Source: Hemiscyllium ocellatum (Eukaryota). Taken from it: DNA of 64,000 bases. The notes below the pieces were generated by a model. That model was given only the letters and a program-made list of their open reading frames with translations, did not search any database and was not told the origin of the DNA. The stretch lies in NCBI RefSeq assembly GCF_020745735.1, contig NC_083431.1, positions 45,040,496 through 45,104,495 on the forward strand, read 5' to 3'. The translations under genes and the position numbers were made by a program. Positions 37,141-50,236 of this stretch are shown one piece after another; position 1 is the stretch's first letter, and each line of letters opens with the position of its first letter.

Positions 37141-38395
37141 CTCTTTTGGATTGCTTTGATTGACAGGCATATGTTAGAATTATAAGTAACATCTTGTCAT
37201 ATAGGTTCTCTGTTCAAATTTTCTCAAAGTCATAGAAAAATAGAACAATACAGCACAGAACATGTTTCAAAAGCTCCCAAGTATCTCAGCAGGGGCCATT
37301 GAGTTCACATTTTGAAGGAGATCTTGAAGAAGTTATCAAAATATTCGCTGTCTTTGGAGCGATATCTGAATACATGTTTGTTTTTATAAGAGTTATTCAC
37401 TTGATCTTTGAAAGCCTCCAATGAGATTTGATGAATGAGATTTTTATTACTGTTAAGTGTATAGGAGTGAGAGTTGTATTAGATTATTAGATTTTTTAAA
37501 AAAATCATCTCTACATGGACCCTAAATCTGCTTATGGTGGATTCTGGGTAAGATGCTATGAGGTGGTGTGGGGAGCATGAGTTGGCATTGATATGGATAA
37601 TATGAGGGATTTTAGGGTGATGAGTGACAATGGAATGTGAGTAAGTGTGAGTAAGCATGCAAATTATGAGCAGAAGGAAAATATTTGAGTCGTCAAGCCA
37701 GTGCCACCACTTACGGTGGACTGTAATGGGATTTGAAGCATGTGAGGGTTAGACGTCCTAATAATTTCAAAAACAACTGAAACAAATACATTTTTTTCCA
37801 CAAACGTGGATTGAGTGAGTCAGAAAAATTGCATTATTTAGGCTATTCACCATAGTAGCCAAAATCTAACCCTGTGTCTAGATTTGGGTCACCAGTATTT
37901 CTGTAAATGCATCATATAATGTAGTTCTAATCTACACAGGTTCAGTTCTTATCCATGCTGGCTTTATTGGAATCATTCAGTACTAGCTTCACTGAAATTA
38001 GTATCAATATTCCTGTGATGAGTGTTTGCAATCCTAACAATAATTTGGAGAATGGGTTAACCAGAGATCATGCGAGATCTCTTGTGTTCTCTTGCTTTTG
38101 AAGATAACGCAATAAATAACACACCATTTGAACAATATCTTCAATCTGAACTATTTTAATCTTGGGAAGTGTTATAGGTGGAAGCCACATGATAGAGAAA
38201 AAAAGCACAAAACTTGATGTTTTCTTGGAGGTTGCTACCTTGCTAAATTGTCTGAGTAAATGTGTTAGTACCAGGGATATCAAAACCAATTCATCATCCT
38301 GTACAGAGGAAACATGAGTCTAGAAACACTTCAGTCCCTTCATGCTCAAAATGATGGTCTAATATTCAACCTGGTTAGATTCATGTAATTGTCAT

Positions 38396-38500
38396 TGAGT
38401 CATAGAGTCATACAGCATGGAAACAAACCCTTTAGTCCAACTTGTCCATGCCGACCAAGTTTTTCAAACTAAGCTAATCCCACTCGCTTGCAGTTGGCCC
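38396..38500 (-). mobile_element. Short CR1 3'-tail fragment joined head-to-head with the following CR1
   Basis: GAGTCATAGAGTCATACAGCATGGAAAC is a reversed CR1 tail. Confidence 0.8.
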
Positions 38501-39978
38501 AGGATGTACATGTATTTGGAAAGGCAAGGACTGATTAGGGATAGTCAACATGGCTTTGTGTGTGGGAAATCATGTCTCACAAACTTGATTGAGTTTTTTG
38601 AAGAAGTAACAAAGAAGATTGATGAGGGCAGAGCAGTAGATGTGATTTATATGGATTTCAGTAAGGCGTTCAACAGGTTCCCCATGAGAGACTAGTTAGC
38701 AAGGTTAGATCTCATGGATTACAGGGAGAACTAGTCATTTGGATACAGAACTGGCTCAAAGGTAGAAGACAGAGGGTGGTGGTGGAAGGTTGTTCAGACT
38801 GGAGGCCTGTGACCAGGGGAGTGCCACAAGGATCGGTGCTGGGTCCTCTACGTTTTGTCATTTACATAAATGATTTGGATGCGAACATAAGAGGTACAGT
38901 TAGTAAGTTTGCAGATGACACCAAAATTGGGGGCGTAGTGGACAGTGAAGAGGGTTACCTCAGATTACAACGGAAGGTTGACCAGATGGGCCAGTGGGCT
39001 GAGAAGAGGCAGATGGACTTTAATTCAGAAAAATGCAAGGTGCTGCATTTTGGGAAAGCAAATCTTAGCAGGACTTATACACTTAATGGTAAGGTCCTAG
39101 GGAGTTGCTGAACAAAGAGACCTTGGAGTGCAGGTTCATAGCTCCTTGAAAATGGAGTCGCAGGTAGATAGGATAGTGAAGAAGGCGTTTGGTATGCTTT
39201 CCTTTATTGGTCAGAGTATTGAGTACAGGAGTTGGGAGGTCATGTTGCGGCTGTACAGGACATTGGTTAGACCAATTGCAGGGATATGGGCCGGGTGCTG
39301 GCAGATGGGACTAGATTGGGTTGGGATATCTGGTCGGCATGGACGGGTTGGACCAAAGGGTCTGTTTCCATGCTGTTCATCTCTATGACTCATTACTCTA
39401 TGGCTGTACAGGCCATTGGTTAGGCCACTATTGGAATATTGTGTGCAATTCTGGCCTCCTCCCTATTGGAAAGATGTTGTGAAACTTGAAAGGGTTCAGA
39501 AAAGATTTACAAAGATGTTGCCAAGGTTGGTGGATTTGAGATATAGTGAGAGGCTGTACAGGTTGGGTCTGTTTTCCCTGGAGCGTCGGAGGCTGAGGGG
39601 TGACCTTATCGAGGTTTACAAAATTATGAGGGGCATGGATAGGATAAATAGACATAATCTTTTCCCTGGGGTCAGGGAGTCCAGAACTAGAGGGCATAGG
39701 TTTAGGGTGAGAGGGGAGAGATATAAAACAGACCTAAGGGGCAACTTTTTCATGCAGAGGGTGGTACGTATATGGAATGAGCTGCCAGAGGATGTGGTGG
39801 AGGCTGGTACAATTGCAACATTTAAGAGGCATTTAGATGGGTATATGAATAGGAAGGGTTTGGAGGGATATGGACCAGGTGCTGGCAGGTGGGACTAGCT
39901 TAGGTTAGGATATCTGGCCGGCATGGACAGGTTGGACCGAAGGGTCTGTTTCCATGCTGTACATCTCTATGACTCTAT
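38501..39978 (+). mobile_element. CR1/HER1 LINE RT and 3' UTR, with a nested CR1 tail at 39275-39401
   Basis: SQHGF, YMDFSKAF, GVPQGSVLGP, SKFADDTK and RGDLIEVYK motifs; CTCTATGACTCTAT tail. Confidence 0.95.
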
Positions 39979-40440
39979 ATGGACCAGATCTGGACCAGAC
40001 CAAACCCTTTCAAAATATATTAAGAAGATAGTCTATACCCTAACTTTTTGTTATTTTAATGGTAAGTGTAAAGTGTTGCATTTTCAAATCTAATTCTTTT
40101 GATCAAACTACTTGATATTAAGCAAAATACACTTTATTCTTAGACTACATTAATATAAAGACAAAATCAAAATAAAAGAATTGGCTTAATTGTAACTCTA
40201 TTGAAATGTTTGTCAAAATAATATATATGTTAACTGCTAATAATGAACTGTTCCAATATGGTAACATTCCATAAACATTCCTTTGGCAAAGGCAAATTCA
40301 ATATAATAGATTGTCAAAGGCAAATTCAATATAATAGATTGTCTCACATGCAATTCTGGCAGCAGGACCATGTTTCTCTGATTTTATGTATTGACAGAGA
40401 TATTAGTATAAACCAGGAAGCTAGTTGATGGAAGCTAGAC
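39979..40440 (-). mobile_element. Probable LTR-like repeat fragment
   Basis: Starts GGACCAGA.. and may continue the TGTCAT at 38390 that precedes the CR1 insertions. It has a reversed polyA signal (CTTTATT, ~40132) and an exact 28-bp tandem duplication at 40287-40342. The second terminus was not found. Confidence 0.35.
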
Positions 40441-41164
40441 ACAAAGCCAATCTTTGTACAGTCTTAAAAGTATTTATTTAGAGATAAAATTTCTAAGCAT
40501 GCACTTCCTCAACTAGTTACCACAGTTTCAGTCTGTTCCTTTTTATGGGGACACAATTGAATCCCCATTTTCTGCACATAATTAAATACAATATGAAGAT
40601 TCCCTTCTTTGTCTCATCAAATGAAAATGGTATGTTTTATATGTATCGCTAAAATTTCAAAATAAATTGAGTCAAAAACCTCATTTTTGTCTGCAAAACA
40701 ACACTTTGCTACATGCCTGTCCTCTAGAATCCCTAGCAATTACTTATTACACGCATTTCTGTTTGAAAAATATTTCTAAAGTTAATGACATATCGACCCA
40801 TTTAATTTTAGAGATTTCCTTTCTCTCCCAGCATTTAACTCAAGCCAACAATGTCAATCCATTGTCTTTTCACACTTGTAGATTGTGCACATAAGAAATA
40901 AGTATCAATGTAGAGTTCCATAAGTATACAACCTTCATTATGTCCTTGTTCAGACTCTCACTTTAATGTTTTGATAAACAGAATCCCATACCCATCGCCT
41001 CTATGAGAACAAGTACTTCAGCAGCTAAAGTAAATGTAAGTTATTTTCATTTTCTTAAATTTCTAAGCTGAAGATCAATATTTCCCATTCTTGCCCATCA
41101 GAAAATATGCATCCAACTGCACTAGGCCAGGAATAGTGGCATAAAAACATTCACTGGGGGGGGG

Positions 41165-41282
41165 GGGCTCTTGCCACATAGTGGTAGTGTCCTTACTTCT
41201 GAGCTAGGAGGCCAGGTTTCAAGACCCACCCACTTAAGAGGTGTGTAATAACACCTATGAGTAGGTTGGTTAGAACATATTT
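41165..41282 (+). repeat. Dispersed copy of the short tRNA-like SINE
   Basis: GGGGCTCTTGCCACATAGTGGTAGTGTCCTTACTTCTGAGCTAGGAGGCCAGGTTTCAAGACCCACC..GAGGTGTGTAATAACA. Confidence 0.65.
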
Positions 41283-42100
41283 GTAAAGTTTTACTAAACA
41301 TGATTGACTTAATATTCTTTGGATCACCTGAGGATGGGAGCTTATTGTGCCTTTATCCAGATTTCACCTACTGTTTAATTTATTGTTAAAATGTTCCAGT
41401 CTTTAGGGTGTTTTATCACAGAACTAAATTTAACACATGTAAGCACATGTAGCAACTCTTTTAGTCTGAATACACAACCAGTTCAACTGACCCCTCAAGC
41501 TTCTCACTTTTGCCCTTTTAAATATAACAACACATCGCTGGCATGACATGGTACAATTAGCTGAATTAATTTAAATTTAGTCTCTATGATATTGATTAAA
41601 AGTCATTCCAGATTAGCTTTACTTATTATGTAAGCCAATAGCTACGCCATAAACTGTAGTCTGCTGCAGTTCAGAGCATTTGTTTTTAGCCCCCTCTCTG
41701 GTCCTTAACACTTGATGGTACTAACACTTTTCTAACACTCTGGTGGGAAATGCTAGATTTTGTTGAAAGGATAATACAATATCCTGACTGGATAAACTAC
41801 AAATCCATCAACTTTCCAAAAATAATTGCCTTATCATACTCCACGTCAAATTAATGTGTGCCTTTTTCATAAAAAAGCATGAACCATAGGTATCAGTCTA
41901 GATAATGCATCAGCACTTATAAAAATAGCTTAATTCAACTATTTTACATGGCATTGCTACTCTTTTTCATGGCTTTAATGTGTTATCATCACAAAGCCAA
42001 AAATAAGCAGTTCTTTTATTCTCTTTAACTTTCCAATATTTCTCGTTCTGCTGTGAATATGGCCCTCTTCCGGTTGAAGTGCAAGAGCTATCTGGATCTG

Positions 42101-42440
42101 GGTTAAAACTCACACAACACCAGGTTATAGTCCAACATGCTTCTTTGGAAGCACTAGCTTTTGAAGCATTGATACTTTATCGGTGGTTGTGTTGGTTGGA
42201 TTTCCTGTACAGAAACAAAGTCTTGTTTGAATGTGTGCGTGAAAATGTTGGCATATTGGGGTGCAAATTTGGTCCCCATGACCTTTCTTTGTGTCTGAAT
42301 AAAGACCTGGTTGTCTAAGATGAAAATGTTGTGATCAAGGATGAAGCAGATGTGTTGTATGATGGTGCTCAGAGATTGGCAGTTGTTGGTGATGAATACT
42401 GAGGCTGTTGCCACAGTACCATCATTGTGGGGGATGCTGG
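42101..42440 (-). mobile_element. PLE family B: RT fragment fused directly to a tail-less terminal repeat
   Basis: SIPHNDG..FILDHNIFILDNQVFIQ..MGTKFAPQYANIF (PLE RT motifs). 42101-42165 matches 44529-44595. Confidence 0.8.
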
Positions 42441-42450
42441 AACTTTTTAA

Positions 42451-42774
42451 ATTAGATTAGATTACTTACTTACAGTGTGGAAACAGGCCCTTCAGCCAAA
42501 CAAGTCCACACCGACCCGCCGAAGAGCAACCCACCCAGACCCATTCCCCTACATTTACTCCTTCACCTGATACTATGAGCAATTTAGCATGGCCAATTCA
42601 CCTAACCTGCACATCTTTGGACTGTGGGAGAAAGCCAGAGCACCCAGAGGAAACCCAGTCAGACATGGCGAGAATGTGCAAACTCCACACAGAGAATTGC
42701 CCGAGTCGGGCATTGAACCTGGGTCCCTGGCGCTGTGAGTCAGCAGTGCTAACTGCTGTGCCACCATGCCACCC
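42451..42774 (-). mobile_element. HE1-type V-SINE
   Basis: Full head, V-domain and (AATCT)n tail. Confidence 0.92.
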
Positions 42775-43614
42775 ACGAACTGCACTGCTCAAGTCAACTC
42801 TATGTGAATAAAATTTCTTAAGCTCAGTAATTATTTGTTAAGATTCATCATTATCTTCATTATCTTCATCCTCTTCATCAAACTTTCTTGGTCATTTCCA
42901 GGTACCTGACACTTTGCTTTGTTCATCACATAACAATAGTTTGAGTCACACCAAAACATCTTTTTATTGTTCTTTGGGCATTTCTGGGATTCATTTGTCT
43001 TTTATTTCTGTTTCAGTTTTGTCTTATGACCTACAAAAGATGCTTTCATCCTCATCCTGTCTATCTTAATCCACGCCCTGACACCCCTTGTGCAGATTTT
43101 TAACTATGTTGACATCTGGCAATTTGGTCTTCTATCCTTAATGTCACTATGTAATCTCTCATTTGTTCCATGAAGAATGAATGAAATAGCAGCTCCCCAG
43201 GAACATTTTGCAGACTAGAGGTATTTGATCCACCGGGGTCTCCGACCTCAAGAAGCAAAACTGGCTAGAGTCAAGAATCTAAAAATACAGCAGAAATCTT
43301 AAAACAATTTAAAATCCAGCACCAAATCAGGGATCGATCTGCAAATTGAAATGTTGTTAGTCTTTTACACAATAAATGAAAGCCGATGAGGTATTTCTCC
43401 ATGCAATGACTGTTTGTTTTCTATAACCTGTCAAAAATTTGACTATGCCTCAACAAGTATTTAATTCTACCACATGGCTGTGATTTCAAGAATATCAGCG
43501 GATAACTATGCCTGAGAGTTCCCATTTGCTTTCTGACGCTTTCCACCATGACCTCTAGGATTTCGGTTTTCTGTCTGGGTGACCACACTTCCCAGACTTT
43601 CCAGTTCTGATCTG

Positions 43615-44010
43615 GAATCTGGGCATTGCTGAATAGGCAAGTATTTACTTCCCATCCCTAATTCCCTTGAGTATGTTGTGGTGAGCTGTCTTTTTGAACT
43701 GTTAAAGTCTGTGTGCTGTAAGGAGACTCACAATGCCAGTAGGGAGGGAATTTCAGAATTTTGAAACAGGGGATGGGGATAGATTTTCAAGTCAGGATGT
43801 TGAGTGCCTTGAAGAGGAACTTGCATGTGGTGATGGTGTTCCCATGTTTTTCATGCCCTTGTCCTTCTTGGTGGTACTGTTCGTTGTTCTGGACAGTGCT
43901 GTCTAAGGATCTTCGGTAAATTTCTGCAGTGCTTGTAGATGGTACACACTGTTCTACTGAACATCAGTAGTAGTGGAGCAAGTGAATGTAGTGCCAATCA
44001 AGCGCAAGTT
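43615..44010 (-). mobile_element. Older LINE (CR1/L2 group) 3' end
   Basis: Matches 62120-62512 and 12235-12778 in reverse. Confidence 0.75.
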
Positions 44011-44374
44011 TTGTCCATTCCCCCAATCTATCAATATTTCTGTAATTTAATGCTTACAATATCACCTATCTTTGTAACACTTGCAAACTTGAAAATATAG
44101 CATTTTAATCTTGTTATTTATGTCATGACTTTATTTTACCAATGATTACTTCAGACTGCAACACACATCCCTGTGGGAAACCACAAGCTACCCCCATCAA
44201 TTAAATTCTCTACTCATTGTCGTTATTCTCTGTTTCTTCCCAATCATTCAATGTCCTAACCAGATCAATAGCCTATCCTGAATTGGATGTGCTTCAACAG
44301 ACTTACATCTGTAGTTGTGCAAGAAACCCTCCAAATGTCCAAATAAATAATATATCTTTCATGGTGTAAGGATT

Positions 44375-46010
44375 GACTATTTTAACTTACCACACATTTA
44401 CTGGGACTGCCAGAGTGTTCAGGGTTTAGATGGAAAGGAATTTGTCATGTGTGTACAAGAAGATTTTCTAATTCAGTGTGTGGATGTACCTACTAGAGAA
44501 GGTGCAAAATGTGACCTACTCTTGGGAAGTTAAAAATCACACAACATCAGGTGAAAGTCCAGCAGGTTTATTTGGAAGCACTGGCTTTCAGAGTGTTGCT
44601 CTACTTGATGAAGGAGCAGTGCTCTGAAAGTTAGTGCTTCCAAATAAACTGTTGGACTATAACCTGGTGTTGTGTGATTTTTAACTTTGTCTACCCCAGT
44701 CCAACACTGGCTCCTGCACATCATGGCTACTCTTGGGAAATAAGTCAGGACAAGTGAGTGAGGCGTCAGTGGTGGAGCACTTTGGGGCCAGCAAACATAA
44801 TTCTATTAGTTTTAAAATAGTGAAGGAAAAGGATAGACTGGATCTAAAAGTTGAAGTTCTAAATTGGTGAAAGCCAAATTTGATGGTGTTAGCCAAGAAC
44901 TTTCAAAAGTTGACTGGGGGAGGGGGGCGGGGGCGCGGATGTTTGCAGGTAAAAGGATGGCTGGAAAATGGGAAGTCTTCAGAAATGAGATAACAAGAGT
45001 CCAGTGATAGTATTTTCCTGTTAGGGTGAAAGGCGAGGCCTGTGGGTGTAGGGAAAGCTTGATGACTAGAGAAATTGAGGTTTTGGTTAAGTATGTCAGG
45101 TGTTTGGACAGCAGAAATCGAGTGAATCGAGTATTCTAAGAGGGAAATGAAGAGGGCAAAAAGGGGACATGACATAGCTTTGGCAAACAAGGTTAAGGAG
45201 AATCCAAAGGCATTCTATAAATACATTAAGGGTAACTAGGGAGAGAATAGGGCCCCTCAAAGATCAGCAAGGCAGCCTATGTGTGGAAGCGCAGGAGATG
45301 GGGAAGACACTAAATGAGTATTGTGCGTCAGTGTTTACTGTGGAGAAGGACATGGAAGATATCGAATGTGGGGAAACAGATGATAAAAATACCCATATTA
45401 CAGAGGAGGAGATGCTGGAGGTCTTAAATGCATAAAAGTGGATAAATCCCCAGGACCTGATCAGGTGTACCCGAGAACTCTGTGGGAAGCTAGGGACATG
45501 ATTGCTGGGCCTCTTGCTGAGATATTTGTATCATTAATAGTCACAGGGTAGGTGCAGAAAACTGAAAGATGGCTAATGTGGTGCCGCTGTTTAAGAATGG
45601 TGGTAAGGAAGAGCCAGGGGACAATAATCCGGTGAGCCTGACATTGGTGGTGGGCAAGTTGCTGAAGGGAATCCTGAGGGACAGGATTTACATGTCTTTC
45701 AAAAGGCAAGGACTGATTAGGGATAGTCAGCATGGCTTTGTGCATGAGAAATCATGTCTCACAAACCTGATTGGGTTTTTAAAAAAATTAACAGAGCGCT
45801 GATGTATATAGATCTATATAAAACGTTCGACAAGACACGTTATGATAGACTGGATAGAAAGGTTAGATCATATGGAATAAATGGATACAGAACTGCCTCG
45901 AAGGTAGAAGACACAGGTTGGTGGTTGTGGGTTGATTTTCAGACAGGAGGCCTGTGACCATTGGTATGCCAGAAGGATTGGTGCTGGGTCAACTGCTTTT
46001 TGTCATGTAT
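44375..46010 (+). mobile_element. CR1 ORF2 fragment (endonuclease end, linker, start of RT)
   Basis: ANVVPLFKNGGKEEPG..PVSLT..SQHGF..SCLTNL motifs. Confidence 0.88.
44529..44726. mobile_element. 198-bp fold-back PLE family B mini-element
   Basis: Inverted arms 44529-44601 / 44614-44685, a 41-nt one-sided tail and a 13-bp TSD CTACTCTTGGGAA (44516-28, 44727-39). A hammerhead-like TTGATGA-A-GGAGC(AGT)GCTCT-GAAA-GTTA with a mutated core C lies at the centre. Confidence 0.9.
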
Positions 46011-47055
46011 ATAGAGTTATAAAGATGTATAGCATAGGAAAACAGACCTTTTGGTCCAACTTGTCCATGCCGACCAGATATCCTAACCCAATCTAGCCCC
46101 ACCGGCCAGCACCCGGCCCATATCCATTCAAATCCTTCTGAATCACATACCCATCCAAGTGCTTTTTAAATGTTGCAGTTGTACCAGCCTCCACCACTTC
46201 CTCTGCCAGCTCATTCCATACACATACAACCCTCTGCATGAAAAAGTTGCCATTTAGATTGTCTTTTATATTTTTCCCCTCTCACCCTAAACCTATTTCC
46301 TCTAGTTCTGGACTCTCCCAACCCAGGGAAAAGACTTTGTCTATTTACCCTATCCATGCCCCTCATAATTTTTTAAACCTCTATAAGGTCACCCCTCAGC
46401 CTCCCAAGCTCCAGGGAAAACAGCCCTAGTCTATTCAACCTCTACCTATAGCTCAAATCCTCCACCCCCGCCAACATCCCTGTAAATCTTTTCCGAACCT
46501 TTTCAAGTTTTATGATATGTTTCCAAAATGCAGGAGACCAGAATTGCACAGAATATTCCAACAGAAGCCTAACCAATGTCCTGTACAGCCACAACATGAC
46601 CTTCAAACTCCTGTACTCAATACTCTGACCAATAAAGAAAAGCATACCAAACGCTTTCTTCATTATCCTATCAACCTGCAACTCTACTTTCAAGGAGCTA
46701 TGAACCTGCACTCCAAGGTCTCTTTATTCAGCAACACTCCCTAGGACCTTACCATTAAGTGCTAAGATTTACTTTCCCAAAGTATCGCACCCCGCATTTA
46801 TCTAAATTAAACTCCATCTTCCACTCCTTAGCCCATTGGCCCATTTGATAAAGCTCCCATTGTAATTTAATTTAAGGGAACCTTCTTTGATGTCCACTAT
46901 ACCTCTAATTTTGCTGTCATCTGCAAACTTACTAACTGTACCTCTTATGCTCGCATCCAAATCACTTATATAAATGATGAAAAGTAGTGGATCCAGCACC
47001 AATCCTTGCGCCACCCCTCTGGTCACAGGCCTCCAGTCTGAAAAGCAACCATCCA
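46011..47055 (-). mobile_element. CR1 LINE 3' ~1 kb
   Basis: DWRPVTRGVAQG, SKFADDSK and LEYSVQFWSP motifs; tail at the left end. Confidence 0.92.
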
Positions 47056-47227
47056 CTACCACCCCACCAACCTCCGCATACAGCGTATCATCCGCCGTCA
47101 TTTCCGCCACCTCCAAATGGACCCCACCACCAGGGATATATTTCCCTCCCCTCCCCTATCAGCATTCCAAAAATACCACTCGCTCCGTGACTCCCTCGTC
47201 AGGTCCACACCCCCTACCAACCCAACC
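47056..47227 (+). mobile_element. Isolated internal PLE fragment (same family as 29191-30796)
   Basis: HPTNLRIQRIIRRHFRHLQMDPTTRDIFPSPPLSAF..HSLRDSLVRST, about 90% identical to the reverse complement of 29921-30092. Confidence 0.9.
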
Positions 47228-47945
47228 TCTCTTTAAAAATTTCCCACATATCAAATGTGGATTTCCCTTCAAACAGCTTCTCCCAATCCACAATTCCCAG
47301 CTCCTGCTGAATTTTGGTATAGTTAGCCTTCTCCCAATTTAGCACTTTTCTTTTAGGATCACTCTTGCCTTTGTCCATGAGTATCCTAAAACTTATGGAA
47401 TTGTGATTACTATTCCCAAAGGAAGACTCCACTGAAACTTCAACCAAGAGGGCAGGCTCATTTCCTAACTCCAGGTCCAGTATGGCCCCTTCAGCTGCTG
47501 CCTGAATATATCAGCTTTTTGAACAGTTTGTTTACCTTCCCGGGAACCTCATTCTCTCTGCCCTCACTGCAATTAAAATGGAGGCTGCAGAATCCTCAGG
47601 GAAGCTTTTTAAATGGTTTGCTTACTTTGCTGGCAGCCCCAGGTGCTCATTCTCTCCACCCTCGCTGCAATTAAAAATGAGTATACTTAAGAGGGAAATC
47701 AGGAGGGCAAAAAGGGGACATGAGGTAGCTTTGGCAAATAGGGTTAAGGAGAATCTGAAGGGAGTTAATAAATACATTAAGGAAAAAAGGATAACTTGGG
47801 ATAGAATAGGGCCCCTCAAAACCCAGCAAGACAGCCTATTGGTGGGGCTGCAGGAGATGGGGAGATACTAAATGAGTATTTTGCATCAGTGTTTACTGTG
47901 GAGGAGGATATGGAAGATACAGAATGTGGGGAAAAAGATGGTATT
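47228..47945. mobile_element. Scrambled CR1 pieces: (-) endonuclease end 47228-47490, ~100-bp repeated segment 47530-47680, (+) linker 47680-47945
   Basis: FGNSNHNSISF..LNWEKANY; REIRRAKRGHE; CCCTC(A/G)CTGCAATTAAAA(A)TG occurs twice. Confidence 0.7.
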
Positions 47946-47949
47946 ATTC

Positions 47950-49956
47950 TTACAGATAATTGAAATCTCCATACAAATTTGTTTCTCAGTTTCCCTCTGA
48001 CTATTAGGGGGTCTATAAATACAATCCCAACAAGGTGATCATTGATTTCTTATTTCTCAGTTCCACCCAAATAACTTCCCTGGATGTATTCCCAGACATA
48101 TCCTCCCTAAGTACAGCAGTAATGCTATCCCTTACCAAAAACGCCACGCCACCCCCCTCCTCTCTTACACCTCTTTCTATCCTTCCTATAGCATTTGTAT
48201 CCTGGAACATTAAGCTGTCAGTCCTGTCCATCCCTGAGCTATGTTTCTGTAATTGCTATGATATCCCAGTCCCATGTTCCGAACCATGCCCTGAGTTCAC
48301 CTGCCTTCCCTGTTAGGCCTCTTGCACTGAAGTAAATGCAGTTTAATGTATCAGTCCTACCTTGTTCTCTGTTTGTTCCTACCTTCCCTGACTGTTTGAT
48401 CCACTTCTTTTCCCAACTGTACCAGTCTCAGATTGATCTCTCTCCTCACTATTTCCCTGGTCCCACCGGCTCCCACCGCACCTCCCCATCTTACTAATTT
48501 AAATCCTCCCAAGCAGCTCTAGCAAATCTCCCCTCCCCTAGTATATTGGTCCCCTTCCAATTCAAGTGCAATCCGTCCTTCTTTTACATGTCACTTCTAC
48601 CGCAGAAGATTTTCTAATGATCCAATACTGTGAATCCTTCTTCCCTGCACCAGCTCCTCAACCACACATTCATCTGTTCTATCCTCCTATTCCTAATCTC
48701 TCTAGCTCTTAGCACCTGGAATAATCCAGATATTACAACCCTTCCTCTGTTGTTAGTTCCAATGTTACAATGACCTCTTGCTGTCCCTCTCCTCTTTGAG
48801 AGCAGATCCTAGCACCAGGAAGGCAACACACCCTTCTGTTTTTTCACTGCTGGCTGTAGAAATGTCTGTCTCAGCCTCTGACTAGAGAGTTCCCTATCAC
48901 AATTGTTTGCTTGCAACCCGATGTACCCCTCATTGAATGAGGGCCAGTCTCGATATCAGAAACTTGGCTGTTCGTGCTACATTCCCATGAGAGTCCATCA
49001 CCCCCTATATTTTCCAAAACAGCATACTTGTTTGAAATGGGGATAGCCACAGAAGAGTCCTGCACTATCTGCCTACCCCTCTTACCTTTCCTAGAGTTAA
49101 CCCATCTACCTGACTGAATCTTTGGCTTTTCTCCCTTCCTGTAACTGCCATCCATCACACCCCCTAGCTTTTGTAAATTTCGTATTGCCTCTAACTGCCG
49201 CTTCAACCAATCCGTGTGATCTCATAAGATTCGCAACCAAAGTCACTCCCTGTAAACATAATCATCAGTAATGTGGAAAATCTCCCTAATCTCCCACATC
49301 CGGCAGGAAGTGCATATCACTCTACTAAAATCCATCTTTGCTCCTTCACAATCTACAGACCCAGTAAATAGCACTGTCTTTTTGTTCTAGAACTGTGCTC
49401 CAGGCTAACTTAGTGCTTATGGTTTATATTTTTAAACTTTAATCAAGAGACAGATCTCAATGAAACATATAATCAAGAAGGATCCCACTCTACTCACTAC
49501 TGTAGACTTACAGCACAGTTACACTTAAAAACTATGCATTTATCTGTTCCTGTATTCTGAGCTCTCCCACGCAGTTTCCTCCAAAGTCAGCTGTGAATTT
49601 CGCTGCTTGTTAATTTTTTCTTAGATGCACTCAGATGTCCAGAGACACACGAACTCAAACAGCAAAGGCAGTAACTGTGCAGATTCACTGCTGTGTCAGT
49701 TAGCAGTGTTGGCTTCTTTCTCTCTCCCTCACTGATCATGTCATTACTATCTTTTGTCTGTCTTGCATCTTTTAAAAGTGCCGTTGTTTTGATAATTTTT
49801 CCCCAAAGTTCCAAAACAATGCAACAGCATATAAAACAGTAATTGCTGGTCTGGAATTTGAGGAAATCACCTTCAACACCTAAAATACCTCAAAAAGGAG
49901 CAGCTCTTACAGCCAGAATTTTTTTTCCTGTCCTTTGTCTTGGATTACCCAGAATT
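47950..49956 (-). mobile_element. CR1 5' portion: 5' UTR, decayed ORF1 and start of the endonuclease
   Basis: ORF1 motifs (PISNKYAVL, IVIGNSLVRG esterase-like start), endonuclease motif GGGVAFLVRD..IWVELRN, and a putative 5' end AATTCTGGGTAATCCAAGA. Confidence 0.8.
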
Positions 49957-50236
49957 CTGTTCCAAGAAGTTGGCAAACACAGTGGTGTAGCTGAACCCAG
50001 ACTTCGGCTGGCAATAGTCCAGTCACATAACCATTACAGTACAATACCTGACTGTATTGATATTTGTAGTTGTTGAGTTAGTAGCCCATACCTGCTAGAA
50101 TCCTGAATTAAATTACTCATTAGTGATGTCTACTATAATATGCACAGAAATCACTTCCATTTTAATTGTCTGAATTAGTTTTGAAAGAGCTCAGAATTAA
50201 AAGGCCAGTGTTTGACTCTAAACAACTACACAAATG

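Noticed and set aside
40287-40342. Short exact duplications (28 bp here; 17 bp at ~20686/20716) and microsatellites
   Set aside because: These are ordinary slippage products with only two units and no spacer structure.
43230-43300. GLRPQEAKLARVK resembling a Gypsy RT motif
   Set aside because: It is too short and has no flanking RT motifs.
44529-44726. Interpretation as a DNA-transposon MITE or pre-miRNA
   Set aside because: The one-sided tail, 13-bp TSD, hammerhead core and linkage to PLE RT at 42101-42440 indicate a Penelope-like origin.
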